This document shows, one piece after another, positions 11,950 through 21,600 of a stretch of 64,000 nucleotides of DNA (position 1 is its first letter; every line of letters starts with the position of its first letter). The notes under the pieces are model-generated. The model was not told where the DNA came from and ran no database searches. It was given only the letters and a program-made list of their open reading frames with translations. The stretch spans positions 1 to 64,000 of the forward strand of contig QPGO01000221.1 in the NCBI GenBank assembly GCA_008632985.1. The letters run 5' to 3'. This DNA comes from Psammoneis japonica. Lineage: Eukaryota. The position numbers were made by a program, and so were the translations under genes.

Positions 11950-13490
11950 CATCGGAACAAGCGGTTTGGCCCCTTGCTGTCGCTCCCATTCCTTCTCCAT
12001 CCTCCACTCAATGGATCTCACCCCACCCCCAACAAGCGCAACTGCTTCAACCTCGCATTCGTCAACTCCAGAGCCCCATGCATCGCCGTCAGATGTTCCA
12101 ATTGCTGCACAGACCACCATGGCGATGAAGGAGCCAGCACTTGTTGTCATCGAAATCTTTGACACCGACATTTGGATCGGTCGTCACCAAGGTGACTGTG
12201 ACCACAATGGAGACTGTGAATCTGGTTCACGCAGTTACAAACGTGACAGATCCTTCATGTTCTGACCTTGGTGCGTGGAACAGAGATTGTTGCTGTGACC
12301 CGTGCTGTGTTCCTCCACCAACCCCGCTTTGTCCACATCCGGAACTAAACTTCTTGTACAGTGATCCACCAAATGGTGAAAAGCAGGGGCTGTGCAGCGG
12401 AGACTGTGACAGGGACAACCAGCGAGAGCCTGGATTGGCATGCTTCACACGTGACAGCTTTGACCCGGATCCATGCTGGTCTGGACCAGGACAGTGGATC
12501 AAAGATTGCTGCCACAACGCGTCTGAAACACTGAACCCCAGTGCATCTGTGAGTGCGTCCGGCCCAACCGGCAGCCCGACGTCACCTCCAGCCACTGCAA
12601 ACCCCACAGGACAGCCGCCACAATGTCGCCACAGACTCAATCAAGGACGGCTCCTTGCGCTTTACTTCCAGTGCTCACTTTCTTTGCTCAGGACCTGCCA
12701 CGCAGATCATTCATCCTCCTCCCCTTCAAACGCTCCCTCCGACAACAGCAATTTTGACTGTGTCGTCGTTGCCACCCACAATGCAGCCTCCCACTTCAAG
12801 CCCAACCGAGGCAAACACCTTGTCACCGACGGCACACAACATCAGTGCACCCGACATTCAAGTTCTTTCGTTTGTCGCAGAACATGCGCTCTTGAGAAAT
12901 TGGTGTGGGATTGATGCAACCGAGACTGTGAGCCCGGGTTGCGCTGTTTCAAATGAGACGGTTTCGTGAAACGCACGTAATTTCTTTGCGCTGCGAATGC
13001 TCTGCATTGTGAGATTCATCTCATGTCGCTTCTTTGTTCAGCTCCAGGTTGCTCTGGCAATGGGGAAGAAGAACAAGGACTGTTGCTTTGATCCTTTGAC
13101 ACTGGTTCTGGCGCCGCCAATGGAACTAGCGCCACCCCTGATTCACCTTCGCCTTCGCCAACTCGCTGTCACATGTTCGCTCTGCCATTGACCAACATGG
13201 GGACAAAGGAGTTGACACTGGTTGCAATCAATGTCTTTGACATCGATGCTCGGCTCGGTCGTTGTCAAGGTGATTGTGACCGCAAACAAGACTGCAAACA
13301 TGTTCCAAGACTGGAGTCAGTGGGGCCCCAGCAATCAGTTGTCAGGAGTGCGTCATGAACGGGCAATTTGTTGGGCATTGAGCTCTGATGCGCATTGTCA
13401 AGAAAGACCGGTGTGCTTTGAGCGCGTGGGATTTCAAAAAGCACCTGGATGTGTCGTGGCCGTGGGTCAAGGGGGGCAGCTGCTGCACAT
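11950..13490 (+). pseudogene. Frustulin-like (acidic cysteine-rich domain) cell-wall protein remnant
   Basis: Repeated GRHQGDCD, GLCSGDCD and GRCQGDCD, plus GL.CF.RD and PGC.G.G..DCC motifs separated by Pro/Thr/Ser linkers. Many frameshifts. Confidence 0.8.
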
Positions 13491-14550
13491 CCGGTGGACG
13501 CAAGTTGCACGAATTGTGTGTTTTTGTTTGTGACTTTGTCGCTGCACACCACGACGCTGCGGCAGGACGCCCACCCCCATTTTGCCGGTGCTGTTTGCCA
13601 TTTTGGGACTCACCTCCATGGGCAGCACATTTTTTTCGTTGTGGTCGCTCCGTTGTGTCATCAATCCCAATCAACTGCTGGCCAAGAGTTGCAAGCCGGT
13701 GCACGGCATGATTGTGGGGGGCTCTCATGGGAAGAAACACCCGCTCAAGAAATGTGTCAATGTCATCATGATTGCAGGTGGTGTGGCGCTCTTTGTGGGA
13801 GGGTGAGTGTGTGTGGTGTGGAACAAACAACCACCTGTCGTCGGCTCCGTTTTGTTGTTGTTACAGATGTTTTCTAACACAACCCTCGTTTCAACCATGT
13901 GTCCATGTGTGCAGTGGAGACTCAAGTCGAGCAAAAAGAGCAGTGCCAATGAAGATGTTGGCGGCGTGTCATCTCAAATGTTTGGCATTCTGCTCTTGTT
14001 TGTCAGTCTCGGCTTTGACAGTGGCACGGGCGCGCATTGTACGAGGACAAGCTCATGAGCGTCCATTCAGTGGGACCCTTTGATTGAATGTACATTGTTC
14101 AATCGGGCAAAACCATCTTGGCGGGAGTGTCACTCCTTGCACTCAATCAAGTTCATGTCTTTTTGCAAATGTGTCAAGACATGTGATTCTTGTTGGGGGC
14201 ACTCGGTTTGAGTGGTGCACTCGGACAAGTTGTCATTTTTGTCACAATTGCCAAATTTGGGGCCCTTGCGTTGCGACACTGGTGGCGTGCATTTGCTTTT
14301 CTGGACATTCTCTGAATGGCATCCAATTTACCGGACTCGTCGTGAGTGCATCTGCCGTGGTTCTCAACTTTTTCGGAGAAAAAGGGAGGCGGTGGACATC
14401 AACCACAAGCAACACCGCACCTGAGGATTAAGAAATGGAACAGATTCTTCCGGATGAACCGAGTGCTGTCATCCTCACGGTGATGATGTCGAACTAGGAC
14501 CGCTTGCCGAGAGTGGAAAAGAAAACAAGCACAATGCTTCTCTCGTAGCG
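13490..14550 (+). pseudogene. SLC35B1-like fragment, copy 2, heavily TA-converted
   Basis: LAKSCKPV...GKKHPLKKCVNV, collinear with 2190-3168 and 18790-19870 including the intron. Confidence 0.85.
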
Positions 14551-14964
14551 TGGCACAGACAACAATGTGGTGCTTTGAGCCAGAGCAATGGTTTGACCAT
14601 AATTTGACATGCAGCACACTGGTGGGAACTGTGGGATGTTCATCATGGTTTGTGAATCGTTGTCTCTCTCTAGAGCAGAAACAACAAGAGAAGACATGGC
14701 ACTCACAGTCAGTGGAACTGGCGCTGGTGGCAAGAATCTGCCGAAGCAAAGGGTGCGTTGAACTCGTTCGACGTGAATTCAGACGACGGATGATTCGACT
14801 TGAAACGCTTGGGCGTGGGTGCATTCACCAGGAAATCAAGACACTGCTCATTGGCACGCTTGCGCTCGCGGAAGTGCTCATCCATGAGTTTTATCTCTTG
14901 GTCTTGTTTTCGTTCCTGAGTCTTCAACAACTCTCCAATCTCCTTGTGTGCTTCTGGAGTGAAC

Positions 14965-15352
14965 GTCCTTGCAAAACGAGAAGGGGCTTGTCTGGGAGTC
15001 ATGTGGCGGCGGGACTGTCTTGGTGACGGATGGCAGTTGGTTGCGTGAAGAGAGCGCCCGACTCATCACGAGCCACAACAGCCTGATTGCATTGTTCTTG
15101 AATGCACGTCTTCGCAGAACGAGCAGGAGCTTGTCCGGGAGTCATCATGGCGGCGGGACTGTCTTGGTGACGGATGGGAGTTGGTTGCGTGAAGAAAGCG
15201 CCCGACTCATCACGAGCCATGACAGCCTGATTGCACTGTTCTTGAATGCACGTCTTCGCAAAACGAGTGGGAGCTTGTCCGGGAGTCGTCATGGCGGCGG
15301 GACTGTCTTGGCAAAGGATGGGAGTTGGTTGCATGAAGAGAGCGCCCGACTT
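14965..15352 (-). repeat. About 123-bp (41 aa) tandem repeat, three copies
   Basis: ARDESGALFTQPTPIRHQDSPAAMMTPGQAP..AKTCIQEQCNQAV recurs, and 'ggcggcgggactgtcttgg' appears at about 15005, 15150 and 15293. Confidence 0.85.
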
Positions 15353-15632
15353 GTGACGGGCCTCTTCCTGAGGAGGCAAGCCACATCTGGCTTCCTTGGA
15401 TTCCTGCTCATTGAGTGACTTGAGCAACATTTCCTTCTCCTGTTGCTTTTTTTCGAGTTCTTTCTGCTTCCTTTTCTGGCAATGCCTGCGGTTTGCTTCG
15501 CTTTTCTTGAGCTTTCTCTCCTCCTCCTCCGCACTCTTCTTCTCCTCGGCTTCTTTCTTCTCTCGTTTCTTCTTGTCTTGATGCCTCTGCGCTATCTTGC
15601 GGTTTTGTTCCCTCTTCCTTTCCAACTTGGTT

Positions 15633-15657
15633 GCAGCAGCAGCAGCAGCAGCAGCAG
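15633..15657. repeat. (GCA)n microsatellite encoding poly-Ala on the minus strand
   Basis: gcagcagcagcagcagcagcagca seen directly. Confidence 0.9.
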
Positions 15658-17076
15658 TGGCGGTGGCGGCGGCGTTGCACACCGGCGGTTCATTGCCAAA
15701 GGCAGCCAATTGACGAGCTGTGGAGAGGATGGATGACTCCATTGCAGGGCGTGGCTCTATCATCTTCGCATGGACACCCTGCTGTCCATAAAAACAAACA
15801 ATCCGACACGAGCAATGATGAGCGAGAACAAAAGAGAGTGCGAGTGGAACAAGCAGGTGTTTTTCAAGTGTCGACCATCTTGCCTTTTTGCAATCTTCGT
15901 CCGCACCCCTTGGTGACATGATTTCCACTTCGGCACCATTGTTCGAACGCGGAGATGCAAGCTCGTCGGCGGGGTCGCAGTCACCGAGATCACAGCATAA
16001 ATCACCTCTCAAGAACACTCCTTTCACTGGATGCAGGCCATGACATTCACCGTTCAGGAAGGATTCTAGAAGTTGCTTGTCGTTGACATCATCGTCCGTG
16101 TCAAGAATGCGAAAAACGAACAGGACGTCATTCTCATTTAGATTCACGCTGGGTGCTAGCATGAACTTCACATTGCGGTCAATCAGTCTCTCGTTGCGAT
16201 GTGCCGGCAAGTCCTCCAAGTTTTCCAACGCAACCAGTGTTTTAATTCATCCTTGGTGTTCCTCCAATGTAGTTTTGGCATCACGCCATTCGATTCCCAT
16301 GTCTCCAAACGAGTGAGAACAAACGGAAGGTTCCTTGTTGTCCGTGCTGACAATCTCCGTGAGAGTGTTTTCAAGACGATGGGTTCCTGCAACCACAATC
16401 AAATCCAAAGAAGGCAATCGGTCTCCTTTCATGGGCCCTTCCAATGCTTTTACGTGACTTCCCACAAGATAAATGGAGCATTCGGCATCGACGTCCAACA
16501 AGCCTTTCACGATAGAGGAAACGAACAGTTTCGAGTTTTCAATCGTTTTCAATCGTCCTTCGGCTTCTCCAAACTGCAATGTGTCACTCTCGTCAAACAG
16601 CTCAGTGCGCTCTAGATTGTCGATCTTACGGACACGCTGCTGTCCCTCGCTTGCGGCTTGCGGGCGTCTTCTTTCCATCGTGATAACAGCGGCGGCGATG
16701 ATGTTTGCCGTTTTCTGAAAAACTGAAATCGGAAGAAAATGTGGCCGGAATAAACCAACGGTGTTATTGCGAACCCCGACGACGTCAGCCGAATTTATGA
16801 ACGGCACGGCACGAGCTCCGAACTCGCCATTGCTTTTTGTCCATCGACACTTTCAACTTTCACGTTCGTCATTCGTCACAAAAAAAGACACACCGCCATG
16901 GCGTCAAAGACGTAGTGCTCTACCACTCCGTAACTATACATAACGATCTGATACCCGACACTTGGTAGTATCATCAAGCACTTTTCGTTGTACTTATTCA
17001 CATTTTTCCCGTTCGAAATGAGTGGCCGTGGAAGGCAAAAAAGGCACTCTCTAACATATCGTCACGAAATCTTCGG

Positions 17077-17442
17077 ATGTCCGATGAAAAGCGTCGTTGG
17101 CAGGATGAGCCTGCGGCGACCGAAATACCTGGTTTTGAGTGCTGTAAGTGCAATGTCCCTTGTTCCTCCACACATCGAGTTTGTGCTGAGTGCTTGGCGC
17201 AAGCATGCACTGGTCTTGAGAAACACAAGAAGCTCACGTGTCCAAGGTGTGGCAGACTTTGCACCACGTGTTGGTGCAAGTCTCTTAAACACACGCCAGT
17301 AGACGGAAGAAGAGATACAAGAACGAAAGAATCTGAGCATAAAATGCTGCTTCCTAGCAAGAAGAAGGGCTTTATTCGACATTTAGGGATGGAAAGACAA
17401 TTTGAAGCTGGACTTGCAGACTGTTGCTATTCGAAAAGATAA
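17077..17442 (+). pseudogene. Cys-rich, possible zinc-finger fragment
   Basis: CxxC pairs (CCKC, CAEC, CPRC). Some Cys may be TA-conversion products. Followed by stops and a chimeric junction at about 17703. Confidence 0.3.
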
Positions 17443-17702
17443 ACCTTCTCTGAAGAGGGAGACGGTAATCAAAAGCTTCTTTTTAAGCTGGCAAAGCGTC
17501 TTCACTCGATTCTGATTAGAAACGACTCTAGCGCTGCACGGAGATGTGACCCGACAGCGCATCTACCGAGCGAACGCTTGCAGAGCTTGCAAAGTCAGAC
17601 GACAGTTTTCTATGGTTGTGCTCTGTCTCTCTTCTGGAAGAACAAGAAAAGAAGTAGAGAAAGAAAAGGGATTGGAATTGGAGGACAGCCGGCAATGGAA
17701 CC

Positions 17703-18168
17703 GTAAGTGTATATAGTATGGAACAAACAACTACCTATCGTCGTCACGCCGTTGTCGTTATAGCTGTTTTCTAACACAACCCTCGTTCCAACCATGTTTG
17801 TATTCTTTAGTGGAGACTCCAAGCCGAGCAAAAAGAGCAGTACCGACGAAGATATCGGTGGCGTATAGTCTCAAATGTTTGGTATTCTGCTCTTGTTTAT
17901 CAGTCTCTGCTTTGAGGGCGGCACGGGCGCGTACGAGGACAAGCTCATGAGCGTCCATTCGGTGGGACCCTTTGATTTAATGTACAATATTCAATTGGGC
18001 AAAACTATCTTGGCGGGAGTATCGCTCCTTGTACTCAATCAAGTTCACGTCTTTTTACAAATGTGTCAAGAAATGTGATTCTTATTGGGGGCACTCGGTT
18101 TGAGTGGTGCACTCGGACAAGTTTTTATTTTTGTCACAATCGCCAAATTTGGGCCCCTTAAGTGTTCC
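17703..18168 (+). pseudogene. SLC35B1-like fragment, copy 3 (intron plus middle exon part)
   Basis: MFGILLLFISLCFEGGTGAYEDKLMSVHSVGPFDLMYNIQLGK. Begins at the intron donor and ends in a fusion to frustulin sequence. Confidence 0.85.
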
Positions 18169-18790
18169 AACATCAGTGCACCCGATCTTCAAGTTCTTAC
18201 GTTTGTCGCAGAACAATGAGCCCGGGTTGCGCTGTTTCAAACGAGACGGTTTCGTGAAACGTACGTATTTTCTTTGCGCAACGAATGCTTTGTATTATAA
18301 GATTCGTCTCATATCGCTTCTTTGTTCAGTTCCAGGTTGCTCTGGTAATGGGGAAGAAGAACAAGGACTATTGCTTTGATCCTTTGACACTAGTTCTGGC
18401 GCCGCCAATGGAACTAGCGCCACCCCTAAAAAACGCAGCAGTTTCACCTTCGCCTTCGCCAACTCGCTGTCACATATTCGCTCTGCTATTAACCAACATG
18501 GGGATAAAGGAGTTGACACTGGTTGCAATCAATGTCTTTGACATCGATGCTCGGCTCGGTCGTTGTCAAGGTGATTGTGACCGCAAACGAGACTGCGAAC
18601 ATGTTCCAAGACTGGAGTCAGTAGGGCCCTAGCAATCAGTTGTCAGGAGTGCGTCATAAACGGGCAATGTATTGGGCATGGAGCATCGAATGCGCATTGT
18701 CAAGAAAGACTGGTGTGCTTTGAGCGCATAGGATTTCAAAAAGTACCTGGATGTGTCGTGGCCGTGGGTCAAGGGGGGTAGCTACTGCAC
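18169..18790 (+). pseudogene. Frustulin-like fragment, TA-normal paralog of about 12840-13490
   Basis: EPGLRCFKRDG, VPGCSGNG, KDYCFDP, LGRCQGDCD. Collinear with 12840-13490. Confidence 0.8.
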
Positions 18791-19870
18791 ATCGGGTGGA
18801 CGCAAGTTGCACGAATTATATGTTTTTGTTTGTGACTTTGTCGCTGTACACCACGACGCTGCGGCAGAACGCCCACCCCCATTTCACCGGCGCTGTTTGC
18901 TATTTTGGGACTCACCTCCATGGGCAGTACATTTTGTTTGGTACGGTCGCTCCGTTATGTCATCAACTATTGGCCAAGAGTTGCAAGCCGGTACACGGCA
19001 TGATTATGGGGGCTCTTATGGGAAGAAAAACCCGCTCAAGAAATATATCAATGTCGTCATGGTTGTTGGTGGTCTGGCGCTCTTTATGGGAGGGTGAGTG
19101 TGTATAGTATGGAACAAACAACTATCTATCGTCGTGATGTCGTTGTTGTTATAGCTGTCTTTTAACACAACCCTCGTTCCATCCATGTATTTATTCTACT
19201 ATGGCGATTCCAAGTCGAGCAAAAAGAGCAGTGCCGATGAAGATGTTGGCGGCGTATCGTCTTAAATGTTTGGTATTCTACTCTTGTTTATCAGTCTCGG
19301 CTTTGACGGTGGCACGGGCGCGTATTATACGAGGACAAGCTCATGAGCGTCCATTCGGTGGGACCCTTTGATTTATGGTACAATATCCAATTGGGCAAAA
19401 CCATCTTGGCGGGAGTATCACTCCTTGTACTCAATCAAGTTCACGTCCTTTTACAACTGTGTCAAGAAATGGGCTTTCTATTGGTGGAACTCGGTTTGAG
19501 AGGTGCACTCGGACAAGTTTTTATTTTTGTCACAATTGCCAAATTTGGGGCCCTTACGTGTTCCATAATTGATGGATTGGCACGCAAGGTTTCGACACTA
19601 GTGGCGTCCATTTACTTTTATGAACATGGGGTCCAATTTACCGGACTCGTCGTGAGTGTATTTGCCATGGTTCTCAACTTTTTTGGAAAAAAGAGGGAGG
19701 TGGCGGAAATCATCAATAAGCACCACCGCCACCCGAGGATTAAGAAATGGAACAGCTTCTTCCGAATGTACCGAATACTATCATCCTCACGGTGATGATG
19801 TCGAACTAGGACCGCTTGCCGAGAGTGGAAAAGAAAACTTGCACAATGCTTCTCTCGTAGCAAAGTATAG
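18790..19870 (+). pseudogene. SLC35B1-like fragment, copy 4, TA-normal
   Basis: LAKSCKPVHGMIMG, PLKKYINV, FGALTCSII..LARKVSTLVASIYFY. Same intron as the other copies. Frameshifts and stops. Confidence 0.85.
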
Positions 19871-19899
19871 ATAATAATGGTGCTCTTAGCTAGAGTAAA

Positions 19900-20755
19900 G
19901 GCTTGACTATAATTTGATATGTATTATACTAATAGGAACTGTGGGATTCAAGTTGACTGTCTGTGATTCTTGACGCAACAGATCTGCCTGCTGTACCAAA
20001 ATCAATGGTACTTCAAAGCCAGTGATCAACCTCGTACACTTGCTTTTTCAATTGACTGACTTTGCCGAAGTGGAGGTTGCGTTGAACTCACTCGACTTAT
20101 TTTCGGATGGGTGGTTCGACTTGAAACGCTCGTTGGGCGTTGGCATGATTCTCGCGTTCATCAGGAACTCAAGTAGCTGCTCCTCATCACGTTGGCAATT
20201 GCGGTTGTGTTCCTCAAGCGCTCGGCGAGACGAACACAACTGTTGCTCATGCTGTTGCATCACATGCCCATGCTGTTGCATCATTTGCTGATACCTTTTA
20301 AAAATGACGGTCGCCCTGTCATCCTCAAACTCTCGACGAGACGAATGCAACGCTTGCTGATGCTGGTACAAAGCTTGCCCATGCTTTTGCATCATGTGCC
20401 CATGCTGTTGCATCATTTGCTGATGCCTTTCAAAAATGACGGTCGCCCTGTCATTTTCCCGTTTCTTGCTCTTCAACAACTCTCCAATTTCCTTGTATGC
20501 TTCTGGAGTGAACATCCTTGCAAAGGGAGAAGGGGCTTGTCCGGGAGTCATCATGGCGGCGGGACTGTCTTGGTGACGGATGGGAGTTGGTTGCGTGAAG
20601 AGGGGGCTCGACTCATCCGTTGGAACGTCCTCGTCAGGAAAGATGGCGGTGAGAGAACACTGTCCATAAGAACAAACAATGCGACACGAGTGATGATGAG
20701 CGAGAAGATGGACGTACGCGCACAAAAGTCACTGGGTTAAAAAATCTCACCTTTG
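19900..20755 (-). pseudogene. Family-X copy 3, internally deleted, with a duplicated Gln/His-rich segment
   Basis: SLTAIFPDEDVP joins directly to QDSPAAMMTPGQAP. DRATVIF...QQMMQQHGH occurs twice. Confidence 0.7.
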
Positions 20756-20769
20756 CTTTTGACTCGATT

Positions 20770-20960
20770 TTTGATGCATTCCGTAGAACCTGCGTGACTT
20801 TATGTGCCACAAAGTGGATTCTCCGTAGAATCAGGCATTGTTTCTACACGCCCAACGGATCTTTTTCGAATTCGGCGCGTGCGCGCGTGCGCGCGTTTTT
20901 CAAATTCCTGTCCCGCCAAAAACATCTCACGCGATGTCATCATTTCATCGGCCTGTCTGT
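20770..20960 (-). promoter_or_regulatory. Family-X upstream module, copy 2
   Basis: ttcaaa (20899-20904) and tcccgccaaa (20911-20920), an alternating GC tract, and homology to three other copies. Confidence 0.6.
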
Positions 20961-21600
20961 GGTGCTGACTTGTCTTTTATGAATTTTGGAATTTGCCTTC
21001 TTTGCATGCAGCACATTCCACCACGAGAAGGCAGGCTTCACTCGGAACCACTGAGGCACGCAGCCAGCTCACAGGTGGACCCAGGCACTCCCCCACACCC
21101 CACACTCCAGCGCTGCTGCCACAAAACAGGGAGCAAGAGCACCCAGCTCTGCTGGTGTGAGCTCAGCGCAAATTGTTCCTCATCTTTGCTGGCACACAGC
21201 ACACCTTCTTGACTTCATCAGCACCTCATGTGGCAGCAGCAGTCTGGTCTGTTGCTGCATCACAAGACACATCTGATGCACCCAAGGCACCTCAAGCAAG
21301 AACACATCAAAAAGTGACCCACAGCACCAGCAACTTGCTGACAAGATCCCCAAAAGGGGTTGGTGTTGCAGCTGCTCAATGGAGCTTGTCAACCACATCA
21401 GCCCTTTGCAAATGTGCTGAAATGTCAAGCTGATTAAAAACAAACAATGAGCCACCCCCCCCTCTTGGCAGCCGAGTGAGAGTCATTGTTGGCTGCTGCT
21501 CCAAAAGGGGTGTTTGACAAGCTCCAGGCTGAAAAAAGTTGTCGGCTGCAACAAAGCTGACCAGTGCTGCTCAAAAAACAGGAGCAAGTGGCTCCCCATG
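20770..21600. repeat. Long inverted repeat arm, partner at about 49020-49910
   Basis: 'tcatcagcacctcatgtggcagcagc' (about 21215) reappears as 'gctgctgccacatgaggtgctgatga' (about 49379). The ORFs SSAPHVAAAVWS.. match on opposite strands. Confidence 0.9.

Larger units (their letters stand above)
14560..16700 (-). pseudogene. Family-X variant copy 2 with a different N-terminal domain and a Lys/Glu-rich middle
   Basis: Shares ADELASPRSNN, the intron 3' end (tgtttgtttttatggacag) and the QDSPAAMMTPGQAP module with other copies. In-frame stop near 16247. Confidence 0.65.

Noticed and set aside
12840..19870. Classical RIP (CA to TA) in the TA-rich copies as the explanation for paralog differences
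   Set aside because: The TA-rich copies hold the conserved Tyr residues and have normal composition, and the mariner TSD also points from TA to CA.
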